Shown here one piece after another: positions 1-12,769 of a stretch of 64,000 bases of DNA. Under the pieces are notes generated by a model. The model saw only the letters and a list, made by a program, of their open reading frames with translations. It made no database searches and was not told where the DNA came from. The stretch covers positions 23,374,001 to 23,438,000 of the forward strand of contig NC_043005.1 in NCBI RefSeq assembly GCF_006345805.1, in the 5' to 3' direction. Each line of letters begins with the position of its first letter. Position 1 is the first letter of the stretch. The DNA is from Octopus sinensis (lineage: Eukaryota). A program made the position numbers and the translations under genes.

Positions 1-59
1 ATTGTGCTAATAGTACCCAAATATCAGTAAATAGAGCCATGGATTAATTTTATCATTTA

Positions 60-195
60 AGATCAGGAACCCTGACAGATTTCCAAGGTTTCTACTTACC
101 AAGTTTCGTTTACAGGCTTCAGTTGACCTGAATTTATGGTGGAAGCCACTTGACCTAGGTGCCGTATATTAGGATCAAACACAAAACCACACAAG
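60..195 (-). mobile_element. degenerate tRNA-derived SINE fragment (same family as 46656-47103)
   Basis: 'ggtttctacttaccaagtttcgtttacaggcttc..ggtggaagccacttgacctaggtgccg..aggatcaaac..accacac' aligns by eye to the better-preserved minus-strand copies. Confidence 0.55.
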
Positions 196-539
196 ACACC
201 CTAGATAAAAATTGCTATGGATTAGTATTATAAGAGCTAAGAGGTAGGTTGGAAAAACTGGAATAAAAGGTGGGTAGCAGATAACTATACTGAGAAGCTA
301 GATGTTAAGTGTATTTGGCAAAGGGAGATGCAAAAGTAAGGAGTTAGTTCTGTGGTGTGAAGATTGGAAGAATGAAGTGTTTCAGATTGCAAGGAGAAAA
401 TTAAGAAGACACGAGAGTTGTGTGTATGAAATGAGAATGGTACTTTTGCACTTACTGGTATTTAAAAGAAAGAACCATGGAAGTGTTATTATGAAAAGTT
501 GTTAAATGAAAAGACATGGGAGAAAGATGGTTTTCCTTG

Positions 540-1020
540 AGAGTACTTTTCTTGAGAAACCAGCCATTCAGGTTGACAGCAGTATGGTAGATTTATTAAG
601 GATATGAAGGCAGGGAAAGCACCTTGTCTATGAGGAATAGTTACTGAGTTGCTTAGAATATATGGAGTATGGCACAGCTTAGTCAGTCAGGTAATTCAGT
701 TGATCGTGCTTGACAACATGATCATCAACTATTACATGAGCAAAAGTAATGCATTTGAGAGAATCAATTATAGAGACATCAAACTGTTGAATTATGTTAT
801 GAAATTTACAGAAAGTGTAATAGCTTGATTGATTAGGGAATGAATTTATCTGGATGAGATGCAGTGTGGCTCTGTGCCAGGAAGAGTTACTACTGTAATA
901 ATTTTTCTTGTGAGACAACTACAGGAAAAGTATTTAACCAGCAGTAAGCCACTATAATTAACATTTTGTCAATCTGAAGAAATCCTTTGACCAAGTTCCA
1001 TGATCTATAATCTGGTGATC
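540..1020 (+). mobile_element. RTE-type LINE reverse transcriptase remnant
   Basis: Frameshifted translation gives GKAP..GIVTELL, DEMQCGSVPGR, RQLQEKYL..KPL and FVNLKKSFDQVP (RT domains 2-3), like the fragment at 57840-57950. Confidence 0.75.
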
Positions 1021-1479
1021 AAAATAACTGCACTGTTATGGACATATGGAGTACAATAGTTGGTAGTTAGTGCTCTAAGTGGATGGAATCTGGAAAAGAA
1101 TGAAGACAGCTTTATAGATGTTGAGCCTCACAAGAGATGAAAGGGACTGAAGGTGACCTGCAGAGCTGGAGAACACCTATCTTCCTTAGCAAGTTTAGTG
1201 AAGGGAATGCTAAAATGAAGTTGGGATGGCAGCTGGGATGTCCTCTCACTTTCATAACTCACTCTTAGCTCTTTCACTCATTTTCCTCCCACTTATACTC
1301 TGATATTCCCTGTATCATGCTGCCTGTATGCAAGATAGCAGTGGACCTTTCCCTGTGCACCATCCTTACAGTAGCGGAAGCTCTTTAGTCTTGCAAAGTA
1401 TAGCTAGTAGCATTATAATAAAATGCACCTTGTACATTGTGTAAATTCGCTGGTGAATTAAGCAATGTAGGACTTAAAG

Positions 1480-1765
1480 GACTTATTTGTTTTGCTAAAG
1501 GGCATTGCAGCCTCTCTAGTAGCTGGTGTTACAAAAAAAAAAAAAAACATGGTCAGTACAATCTGTAAAAGGATTGGTGTTAGGTAAAACATTAAGGGAT
1601 AGAAATCATACCAAAAACTGAGATTTGAGAGTGAGACATGGTCCTCTGACTCATCTAGAAGGGCAATAACTCCAAATAATAACTAACTTGGACCATAACA
1701 ATCAGTCCAACCCATACCAGCATGGAAAACAAATGTAAAAATGGTGGTGGTGGTGGTGGTGGTGG
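1480..1765 (+). mobile_element. RTE-like 3' tail
   Basis: 'ctgtaaaaggattggtgttagg..tagaaatcataccaaa..tccaacccataccagcatggaaaac' followed by a (GGT)n tail; the same tail recurs at 10380, 38330, 44340, 47230, 54930 and 56310. Confidence 0.65.
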
Positions 1766-2644
1766 AAGATAAAATTATTAGCGATAGATTGAGCAGAATG
1801 AAAATGAGAGAAAATGGTAGCTTAGTTGAGAGTGTTTGTAAGGGATGGTAGAATACTAAGCTATGTGTGTGTGTGTGGGGGGGTCTGTCATTATTGCAGA
1901 TTGGTCCAAGAAGGAAAGAAAAGCAGGTGGTGCAGATTTTAGCTGAAACTCAGAACTTTGGTACTTTAAAAAAATAGTATGTATCACAGTCACTTGTCAG
2001 TAACACTATAATGAGAATAATTAAAAAATCTGAGAATTTTATATGCCATAAAAAGTATGTGGCTTATAACGCATATGAAACCTTATTTATCTGTGAGGTG
2101 TTTTTGTAAGGAATGTGCTCACACTTTGCCTAGAGCATGAAAATAAAATGAGTTACCCTGCTTATCGGGTTTATGACATGAAATAAATCCTAAAGTTGTG
2201 ATAAACTTTTTCTTTCTATGATAGCATAACAGCTTTTTTCAAGTTTATGAAAGTTTGCAATATGAAAATACCAAAAATAACTTATTTATGACTAATTATT
2301 GAATGAATGACTTGAGTAAATAACAAATCTAAATGGTTGATAGGGTGCCAGATAACTAGTTAGTGATTCATCTCCTATCACTGGTATTGTGTCTGCAACC
2401 AAGATACTGTACTACCAAATAACTCAATCAGCTCTAAATAGGTACTGCATGGTAAGCAGCAACAAAATTGTAAAAGATGGAATCAAGTAGCATGAGAGAA
2501 TGTTGAGCCTGACATATGTTTCATTAGCTTACAGTGCTAAATTCATTTCTGCTTCTAGGTATAGCTTAGCAACAGATGTACTCCTTCAGGTCCCTAGATT
2601 CACTACTTCATAGATTATCTTTAGAGATTCTCCCATTACTTAAG

Positions 2645-2844
2645 GTAGTGATTTCCAACCTGTGTGCTATGAAGTTGTCAGGTCAGAATATTTTATCTCA
2701 TTTCCCAATTAAAAGTAAGCATTCATTACATTTGTTTTTACTGTACAATGAATGTCTAACTATAGGAGAAATATGTTTGTAGTGTTTTGTCTTATTTTTA
2801 GTAAAGCAAATATATTGCCACCTTTTAATGCTTGGAAAACACTG
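2645..2844. mobile_element. hAT (Charlie/Buster-type) MITE, degenerate
   Basis: Imperfect TIRs tagtgatttccaa / ttggaaaacactg; no clear TSD. Confidence 0.5.
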
Positions 2845-4169
2845 ACCTTAATGGCTTATAGGACTCCTCACCAGATAATGGCTGGACTTTGAATTGAAGA
2901 TCTTTTGCTAGCATTAAGTAGAATATGAGTGGTTTCAGGACTCTTTACCCAAATGCACTGTAAATCTCAGAGTTCTAAAATTCTTGTTTAAGAGTTGAAT
3001 ATTCATGATATTTATCATTGGAGAAAGTGTTGCACATTCTGCATTGTACTGTTGCTAAGGTTACTGTGTCAACAACGACTTCACTTTTCTCTGTCCTCAA
3101 ACTATACTGAAATACTATTTTTAAAGCCAGGAAATGTTATCAGGTAAGGATGGGGGAGAATTAAAGGGTGTGGTTGTAGTTATAATGATAGTACTGTGTT
3201 TTTAAAGACTGGAAGATTTTTTTCAGCTCTTCTCCCTAATTTCTGAAAAGGAAGATTGTTATTTAAAAGATGGGGAAAAAAGATCCTATAACTCATTTGA
3301 GGAACTTGGCCTTTTTTTTTTCTGTTTCAATGCAGGTTCAAGAAATAGGTTGATATTTTTTAGGGTAGGGGTGGGGTGGAATTAAGGATGGAGATAAAGT
3401 GGTGGCAGTGGTAATGGCAGCAGGCAAGACCAGGTTTTAAATTAAAAATGAAAACAATGTTGGGTAGAGAGGGAGTACAGTTATATAATAAGTAGCAAAC
3501 ATAACCATGTGGCAGGGACTGAAAGAATTTATTGGCATCATCTCAAAACAAGAAAAAAAAATTTTGATGGTTTGGTTTTGAAACTAGTCAAGATCTAAAT
3601 AAAATAGACCAACTGTCATAGTGCCCCATCTAGTTCATAAGTGTATGAAAGATGAACATGAAGGCTATGATGATGACTATGTGGCATTTGAAATTGAGGA
3701 TAGTTCTTACAAATTAACGAGTAATCGTAAATGACATTTGTGTAGTTTGGTTGCAAAGATTGTGTGTGTGTCTGTGTCTGGAAGAGGAGAGGTAAGAGAG
3801 AATATAACAGATATGCTATTGTATCTTTACCATTCAATGCCTGTAAGTTGAGGAGGCCGTTGGATGCCACAACTTGTTTGGAAACTTTATTACCTCTTCC
3901 TTCCCCTTGGTTAAATATTTTTTTGATGTATTTTTATCATATTTTAGCCTAGTGCTATCATTCACCCTTTCAACTAATATCTGTTTACATGAACTTCAAT
4001 ATCTTCCAAGATGTTCTGTTGTTTTGACTAATTCTTCATTGTGGCCAACTTGCCTGATATTTCATTATTTCTTCGTTTCTTTGATGGTTATTGCTACTTT
4101 TGCTGAATAATATATATTCCATCTAATCTTGCAATTTTCCAGAACAAAAAATGTTTTTGTTATTTTATA

Positions 4170-4234
4170 TGTGCATGTGTGTGAGAGTGTGCATGTGTGT
4201 GAGAGTGTGCATGTGTGTGAGAGTGTGCATGTGT
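4170..4234 (+). repeat. 18-bp tandem repeat (gtgtgcatgtgtgtgaga) x about 3.5
   Basis: Directly visible. Confidence 0.9.
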
Positions 4235-4680
4235 AATGTATAATGTGTGAGTGTGATTTTAAAAATTAATTTTTATTTTCATGCAACTTTTTATCTGTTT
4301 GGAATAGTACCAGTTAATATGAAGAATTCATGTATATCTTCTTTATACGTTACCATTTACTACTGTCTGTTTTATATTTTCTGGCAAAACTAGCTTTGTT
4401 AGTGAACCAGCAACTTCCTTGTGGAACATTTTTTTCCTGTCCATATTTTCCGTCTAACCACCAGTTTACAAGTCAAATGTAGTAATAATTATGAGGCACA
4501 GTGCTTTCAAGGATCATTTCTTGGATTACTGATCACAGGTGTTTTTACTTCTGTAGCCATTGTGTTGTGTCTGTCAGCAAAGCTCTTAATTCTGTTTGCA
4601 CCAGCTAACCCGAATAAGCTCTTTCCTTCTTCACAGTTGACTGGTAACTGTAACAAGTAAACTCATGCAAAAAATATTAA

Positions 4681-5050
4681 GTGGCTATGTGGTTAAGAAG
4701 TTTGCTTTCCATTCACATGGTTTAGTCCCACTGTTTGGCGCCTTAGGCAAGTGTCTTCTGTTATGGTCTTTCCTGACCAAAACCTTATGAGTAGACTTGA
4801 TACATGGAAACTGAAAGAAGCCCCATTGTATATATGTGTGTATGTTTGTGTCTCCTTGTCTTGGCATTGCATGATTGCTGTAAATGGGTCATTCATTTCC
4901 AGTATTTTGTGAAACCATTGAAAAATATTACCTGGCTTGGAAAAATTGTGGGTTAGCAAGAAGGAGGGCATTTAGCCATAGAAAATCTACCTCAGTAAAC
5001 TCTAACTCCTGCAAGCATAGACAAGTGGATGTTAAAACAATGATGATGAT
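4681..5050 (+). mobile_element. tRNA-derived SINE with RTE-like tail
   Basis: Head 'gtggctatgtggttaagaagtttgc..tttagtcccactg..ccttaggcaagtgtcttc', body 'ggaaactgaaagaagccc', tail 'aagaaggagggcatttagccatagaaa..gatgttaaaacaatgatgatgat'. Confidence 0.8.
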
Positions 5051-5057
5051 ATATGTA

Positions 5058-5200
5058 TGAAGGCACGTAGCCTAGTGGTTAGAGTGTTGGGCTTATGACC
5101 ATAAGTTTGTAGATTTGATTCCTGAACTGATGCTGCAAATTGTCCTTGTAAGGGTCTTTATTTCACATTGCTCCAGTCTGATCAACTGAAAATGTGTAGC
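5058..5200 (+). mobile_element. tRNA-derived SINE head (family of 49815-50056)
   Basis: 'gaaggcacgtagcctagtggttagagtgttggg..tttgattcctga..tttcacattgctccagtc' matches the reverse complement of the 49.9-kb copy. Confidence 0.65.
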
Positions 5201-5879
5201 AGCCTAATACTGGTGCAGCTACCCCTCCTTCCAGCTGTCTTATCCTGGATATTCCCCTAGATTAAGTATGATAGTGCTGAGCAAGCATCTATATCTGCTT
5301 GCAACTACAGAGGCACCTACAACTAATGAAAGCATGGTACCAGTTATTATATCACAACTTGTTTGCAAGTGATAGCTAATCTATGGATAGATATTATGTA
5401 TGGCTGTGATTAAGATGTTTGTTTTATAACCTTATGGTTCATGTTCAATTTCAATGTGTAGTACCTGATGTGTCTTCTATTGTGGTCTCAAGTGATGAAT
5501 ATTTATACAAGTGGAATTTGGACAAAAACTGTCGAAGGCTGTTCTACATGTTCCCTTTGTGTCTTGTGAGCAAGCCGTGGGGCAAATTGAGTTGGATAAA
5601 ATAAGTACTGGGATGATAATAATTAACTAAACACTTGGAGGCAGCTGCGCAGTATACCTGCATGTCAGTGAATGAAACCATTAAAAAAAAGAGAGAGACA
5701 GAGAGGTTGTAGTCTGAGGTATTGAAAGAAGGAACTGACAGTAAATGTAATGACCATGCACTTTTCAGTTACTCTTTCTATAATATTGAGTTCACTTATT
5801 TTTGGTGCTATGTATGCACAATATGCAAAGTCTATTCATGTATAATGTGTGTGTGATTAATTTGGTTAAACTTTTTAGT

Positions 5880-6393
5880 TAAGAGAAGAAATTGATATAT
5901 CAGCTCATGCTACTTGGAAAATGTTGTTTCAGCTGTTTAAATTTTCAAACCTTTTGGACTAAATTCATATCTACTCAACAGTACCCGAATTGTTCAAAGA
6001 AGGCAATGCAAATCTGGCTTCCATTTGGTTCAGCATTTTTGTGTGAAACAGGCTTTTCTGCTTTAGCAAGTATAAAATGAAATACAGAAGTTGTCTACAG
6101 GCAGCAGATGACATGCCTTGCCTTGACAAGCATTTACTCTAGAATCGATGAGCTTTGTCAATAAACATAACATTATTGTAGGTTATATTTCTATGTGCAT
6201 TTTACTTTCACTTAGTCTACATGTACAGTACTTCCAACTTTTTAAACTTGTCTAACACTGTGGTGAAGAAAGAATTATAAAGATGCTAGTTGTATTTTGC
6301 CTTTTTCATTAAAAAGGTAGTAGTGGTGGTAGTTGGCATTAATTCTTGTGCGTATGTGTCTGGCTGTGGTATTTGTCAGTTCGGGAACCACTG
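5880..6393 (+). mobile_element. hAT Charlie/Buster transposase C-terminal remnant with 3' TIR
   Basis: KKAMQIWLPFGSAFLCETGFSALASIK*KYRS resembles the ZBED5/ZBED8/GTF2IRD2-type dimerization motif (LLPF.TTYLCE.GFS....K.KYR); ends in ttcgggaaccactg. Confidence 0.8.
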
Positions 6394-6804
6394 AATTAAA
6401 AATAACCAAAGAAAAACATCAAGAGTCTGAGCAAAACTAGTGTCAGTCTGTGTCAACAGAAATAGTTAATATAATTTGTAAGATTGTGTGCCTTGAGAAT
6501 ACTTACAAAAGCTAATTCTGAGCTTCAAATAAGAGCCTTCCTTGACACATTGGAATTCAACTCTGCTCACAGCACACAAACTTATCCTGTTTTATAAATT
6601 GCATCCAAATATCTGTTGAGGTATTAGGTCAGCTTTTCATCGTTAAATTTAGATAATTTGAAGAGTGTGTGTGTGTTAATCAAGGTAATATTGGAGACTT
6701 GATGTATGTGAGATTAATGCATTTAACTACTGAGTGGTGTCATTGAGTAGAACACCATTTACTTCACTTTACATGGCTGATAAAAGAAGTTCTTCCCTCA
6801 TATT

Positions 6805-7170
6805 TGTTGTTGTTTAGCCCCAGGTCTAGCAGACTTATGATCAAAGATATTTTTATTGTGACCATCCTGTCTATTTGTATATCAAGGACTACATTGTCCA
6901 ATGTGACCTTATTTTTACTAAAGCGTGCAATTTGAAGGAGATTTGGTTACCATTTCTTGTACATTGAACTCCTTCACTGGCTTGTCTTGATTTTTTTTGT
7001 TCACATATGTCGTATTTACATAGCCTAAAAATATTTTTTCAGACTCAGTGTATCTTGGATTATAGATCCAATGTACCCTTCTTTATTTTATGTGACAAGT
7101 TGTGATTTGAAGGAATTTTAGCTCCTGTTTCTAACAAGACAAGCAGTTGTATAGAGGCACCCTCATTGGT
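6805..7170 (-). mobile_element. two fragments of an abundant interspersed repeat ending in ggggctaaacaacaac
   Basis: Reverse complement of the copies at 37705-37850, 45880-46065 and 48115-48320. Confidence 0.65.
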
Positions 7171-7627
7171 TAGCTTCATGGTTGAGTGGGTTCTTTTTTT
7201 CATTGCTCTTCCACTTTAACCCACAAACCTTACATTGCTCAAACTAGGATAGAAAAGTAGGTGCAAGACATTAAGTAATTGTTTCTGACATTGGTATAAG
7301 GCCATAGATTTAAGAAGTGGTTAATCAATAATATTGATTCCAATATTTTGACTATTAGTTTATCAGCCCTTGAGAGATGAAAGACAAAATTGACCTCGAG
7401 ATTTGAAATCGGATATAAAAAGCCAGAACAAACACAGCAGGACAGTTCAGTGCTCCAACAATTCTACCATTTCCTTGATTCTATCACCATATAAACAACA
7501 ATGACAATGAAAATGAAGATAAACAGCCACAATAGTGATGCTAGCTTGCTAGTATTTATATATATAACTGAAAATACAGATCTTCTCACCACTTTCTCTC
7601 ATATGTACAATGTAGGTATATATTAAA

Positions 7628-7810
7628 CTCGACTGCTGAAATCTACAAGTTTTGTTCATTCTCTCTCTCTTTATTTTCTCTTATTCCTTTCTGTTAAAGA
7701 GTGTGGGCCCAAAATGTAAAAGATTTTTTCATCTTCCTGAGCATCAAGTTAATACACTTGCTTGTTGTTCACACATTTGTCTTCGTCTTTAGTTTTTCTC
7801 TAAATTTCAA

Positions 7811-7812
<2 letters not shown>
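7628..7812 (+). mobile_element. putative Penelope-derived short repeat
   Basis: Flanked by (TA)n; carries a decayed minimal hammerhead-like string ctttctgttaaagagtgtgggcccaaaatgtaaaag. Family assignment is from memory of octopus repeats. Confidence 0.45.
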
Positions 7813-7848
<36 letters not shown>

Positions 7849-7850
<2 letters not shown>

Positions 7851-8589
7851 GTGTCCTAAAAGGCACTGATGTGTTTCAGTTTTTAATAACTTCATTAACT
7901 TTACAAATAAATGCATGAAATTTTGATACAATATAAAGGACATAATGGAAATTAATATGCACAAGTCAAACTTTGCAACACCACTACATCACATATGAAA
8001 AATGACAGCCATTTTCGGCTTCACATGCTTGTGCTCTTTCCAAAACTTGCATCATAACACCCTCAAGAGTTTCAGACCTCACTTCTCTGATTTTTCTATT
8101 GATGTTCTCCTTCAGTTGTGCCAGGGTCTCCGGTTTGTTGACGTAAACCCTCTATTTCAAGTATCCCCACAAAAAATCCCGGCATTGTTGACGCAGGAGA
8201 TTATTCTCTCTCCAAAGCACTGCTGTAGCAACAGCATTGTTTCTCTTGCAGTATGAGCAGTTACTCCATATTGCTGGAACCATGTGTGAGGTCTACTTTG
8301 AATGGTCTTCACGTTAGCCCAGATTTTTTATTGTGAGGATACCTGAAAGAGAGGGTTTACGTCAACAAACCAGAGACCCTTGCACAACTGAAGGAGAACA
8401 TCAATAGAGAAATCAGAAGTAGGGTCTGAAACTCTTGAGGGTGTTATTGTGCAAGTTTTGGAAAGAGCACGGGCGTGCGAAGCCGAAAATAGTTGCCATT
8501 TAAGTGATGCAGTGGTGTTGCAAAATTTGACTTGTGCATATATCAATTTCCATTATGTCCTTTGTATTGTATCAATTTCATGCAATTAT

Positions 8590-8590
<1 letters not shown>
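7849..8590. mobile_element. fold-back Tc1/mariner (rosa/maT-type) derivative made of two inverted transposase 3' ends
   Basis: Inverted arms about 7905-8178 and 8322-8590; the right arm reads DFLL*GYLKERVYVNKPETLAQLKENINREIR; the spacer on the minus strand reads WFQQYGVTAHTARETMLLLQQCFGERIIS. Confidence 0.85.
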
Positions 8591-8620
<30 letters not shown>

Positions 8621-8894
8621 TGTAAGCTTCACAGACAAGAGGGCACCTGTTGGGGAGGAAAATGAGAAACTTCTGAAATTAGTTTGTAGTCCAATCCTTG
8701 GTCTATGCACACACAATGTATATTATCATAATGTGACTAGCAGAAAAGTGTCTCATGGCAATGTTTCTACTGGTAATAATAATAATTAAAATTTTGAAAA
8801 TCAAATGCTTGTAAATCCATACAAAGTACTTTGATCAGAATTTGATTCTGAAGTATTGGGATTAGCTATGAAAAGATTTTACTATTTGTACACT

Positions 8895-9121
<227 letters not shown>

Positions 9122-9904
9122 CTCTTTCTCTTCCCCTCTCTTATTGTGTGTGTGTGTCAGATAGGGAGAATAAGAGGGAGATTTCTTGTGCTCATACAAA
9201 ATGACTGAATCCATAAAAAAAAATGTGGGTATTGTCAATGATTGTTCTCTAACTGCTCTTCCTAACACACTAACCTACCCCTCAGTTGAGTTGGTAGCTA
9301 TATTGTTTACACCTAGATTGACTGATACAGCGTAAAGTAAGTTAGCTAGGGGCACAGAGCGATGGTGATGAAGTTTGATCATTTAATTGGTCTCGTTAAC
9401 TAATAATTATCTCTTATCAGAAGATTCTATTAAATGTTATGTTTTAGAAAATATAGATTTTCAAAAGATAGTAAGATAATTGTAATTATAACCATTGATT
9501 TTTTTCTCCCTTTTAGTCTTTAGGTAATTTCATCTATCTAATAACGTACATGCATAAGCAATGCCTTACTTATTATCTCTCCTTCTTTCCCTCCCTTCTC
9601 TTCCTCTGTGTGTGTGTGTGTATGTGGGTACTCACGTGCGCAAGCATATGTATCAATATCAAGATTTCAAGTCATTAGAACATTGGGTAGCTTCCTATGC
9701 CGTATTCATTTTGGCTTCTTGCATCCTGAGTTTAAATCCCACTGGAATCACGCTGGAACCAACTTACTTTATCTTTCATTCTTTTGGGATCAATAAGGTA
9801 CTAGTTCAGTACTAGGGTTGGTTCTTCTCTCTTTCACACATACCCACGCACACACACACACACACACACACTTTCTGTCCAACATGTAGAATGATAAAAT
9901 AGAT

Positions 9905-10089
9905 CAGTGCTCTGCAAACTTTTTTCACTTGCGATACACTTAAATTCTTTTCATAATTTGGCAGCACACCTGAACTAAAAATATAATTATAGTATAGGGG
10001 AAAAAATTATATTCAGGGTACACTGCAGCACACCTAGCATTGTCTTGTTGCACACTAGTGTGCCATGGCATACCAGTTGCAGAGGACTG
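9905..10089. mobile_element. hAT MITE
   Basis: TIRs cagtgctctgcaa / ttgcagaggactg; 8-bp flanks aaatagat / gaatagac (6/8 match). Confidence 0.8.
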
Positions 10090-10519
10090 GAATAGACCAA
10101 TAAAAAGACAGATATAGTTTATCTCACAAAACCCAAAATCAAAACTCTCTGAAATTTGTTCCAACTATTTAACTATTTATTACCTGGACACTTCATTGTT
10201 ATTACTTATCTCTTTGGAGATACCACCGATTCATTATCCTAAATGTGAGTAGCCATGTAGCCCCTCTACAAGAACCAGCTGTACCCCAACCTCTTCTCAT
10301 CCCTTAACCCCATCTAACATAAGGAGACTGCTCTCCTTGGGTTTTGTAAATGTGAAAGCTGCTGGTGTCCTGACAAAAGCACTCGACACACACTTATAAA
10401 GTGGTTGGTATATTAGGAAGGGCATCCAGCCATAGAAGAAACCGTGTCAAAGCAGGTTTCTATATATGTATTTGTATACATATATAGAGAAGGAGAGAGA
10501 GATATGTATGTATTTATTT

Positions 10520-10600
10520 ATTTATCTATCTATCTATCTATCATATATATATAATATATATATATATATATCTATCATATATATATATGATATATATATA

Positions 10601-10633
<33 letters not shown>

Positions 10634-10689
10634 ATATATATATATATATATATATATCATATATATATATATATATATATATATCTATC

Positions 10690-10727
<38 letters not shown>

Positions 10728-10728
10728 C

Positions 10729-10763
<35 letters not shown>

Positions 10764-10883
10764 TATATATATATCTATCATATATATATATGATATATAT
10801 ATATCTATCATATATATATAATATATATATATATATCTATCATATATATTATATATATATATCTATCATATATATATATATCT

Positions 10884-10947
<64 letters not shown>
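10520..10947 (+). repeat. (AT)n / (ATCT) compound microsatellite
   Basis: Directly visible. Confidence 0.97.
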
Positions 10948-10950
<3 letters not shown>

Positions 10951-11328
10951 GTCGCAGGGTGTGGCTGTGTGGTAAGAAGTTTGCTTGCTTCCCAACCACA
11001 TAGTTCTGAATCCAGTTCCACTGTATGACCCCTTGGGCAAGTGTCTTCTACTATAGCCTCAGGCTGACCAAAGCCTTGTGAGTGGATTTGGTAGGCAGAA
11101 ACTGAAAGAAGCCTGTCATATATATATGTACATGTTTGTGTGTCTGTGTTTGTTCCCCCAGCATCACTTGACAACCACTCTTGGTATGTTTACATCCCTG
11201 TAACTTAGCAGTTTGGCAGAAAGAGACCAATAGAATAAGTCCCTTGGGTTGATTTGTTCGACTAAAAAGGGCAATGCTCCAGCATGGCTGCAGTCAATTG
11301 ACTGAAACAAGTAAAAGAATAAAAGAAT
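10951..11328 (+). mobile_element. near full-length tRNA-derived octopus-type SINE
   Basis: A-box-like gtggctgtgtggtaag, B-box-like tccagttccactg, body gccttgtgagtggatttggtaggcagaaactgaaagaagcc, tail tgactgaaacaagtaaaagaataaaagaat. Confidence 0.9.
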
Positions 11329-11422
11329 ATAAATGTATATATACCTATATTTGTGTGTGTGTGTCGTTAGTAGAAATAGATTAATCTAGGGGAGAAGCAC
11401 ACTCTAAGATGTAGAGCAGTTA

Positions 11423-11611
11423 ATATTATAAAGGGAGCTGGTTTATGGGGTCACCCTGGGTTTCTCACTCATAACATAAGGAGTTTAAGCCTTACAGCAC
11501 GAAGAGGTCTTAGGCCAGCAGTGTTTGGGGTCTGAAGATATACTGTAAGGCTAAACCCCTTATGAGTGAGAAACCCAGGGTAACCCCATAAACCAGCCCC
11601 CTTTATAATAT
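11423..11611. repeat. long near-perfect inverted repeat (about 70-bp arms, 45-nt loop)
   Basis: 11423-11497 is the reverse complement of 11543-11611 except for 3 substitutions and two small indels. Confidence 0.95.
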
Positions 11612-12769
11612 ACCGTATATATAAATATCACATACACACACATACATTAGGTGGATATTTTCAATCAAGATGGTACCACTGGATCTGATTCTTCAAGTGC
11701 TTCAGTACTGTGTATGTACATATATTTGATTGCTGATATTTAGCAATGGTTTCTCCCATTGTGTTGATGTACCACTTTCTATCATTAATAAAACTGCCAG
11801 CATTTTTGATAACACGGGTATACTAGTCCTATATAATAATAGCTGAGTATTAGAGGCATTAACCAAAGAATACAAAAGTAACCACACTAGTATGGACATG
11901 CAATAAAGAATGAATGACAAGTGTTGTGCTGATTGTAGAAAATAGCCATGGTGATCGGAGGCCAACAGATGTCACGGAATTGTGATGGCTTTACTATTCT
12001 GTATAGACCTTCATAAGCCATTCTAGTATAGGAAAATGTTGGTGATGATGGTATGTTTATTACAGCCGTAAATTGTCATCTCTTATGTGAGTGAAGCATC
12101 TTGTGACTAAGAATATTCCAGGTCTCTCTTAATCTTTCTCTGTCAAGAGTAGAATTTCACTGACAGCATATATCAATGTTTTTTCACTTAATATTCATTG
12201 TCAATTCACAGCACATGTCCACACCAGTGCAATTACCTCTCCTGCCTATATCAGTATCTTCAATACTAGTCTCTCCCTCTCTCTCTCTCTCTCTCATCTC
12301 ACATGTACTCCACTTCTCATGTACTTTAACATTCCACATCCAATAGTCTGTACGTCCCGTTTATCCCCATAAACATTCTCAAGTCTTACTATGATACTTA
12401 ATACACCTACCTTTTATGTGGAAAACCTTTTTGTTGGCATTTGAAATTCCCTGAATTTCCTCAATCTAGCAACCCGACCTTCATTACAGCCACCTCCACT
12501 ACTAATTACACCTCTCGCCTAGATAATGAATAGGAAATAAACTGACTGAAGTGTGTAAATATATGCATAAAGATAGAGGTAATAGCCCAGAACATTCATA
12601 ACTACTCTATTGATATATCTCCTTGCAATATTTCATTAAAGTCAGTTCCCCTTTCTTTTTTTTCTGATTTTTAAAAATATTTCTAAACCTAAACCATTAA
12701 TCATATCAGCATAAGTGACATATTGATCCCTTATTTATGTGTTTGTAATGTTATTGGGTTGACCCTGTT

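Noticed and set aside
10466-10999. 160-aa IY-rich ORF and overlapping ORFs
   Set aside because: (AT)n microsatellite artefact
11702-11965. Hydrophobic 87-aa minus-strand ORF (GPCR- or integrase-like?)
   Set aside because: No recognisable motif or splice context in any frame
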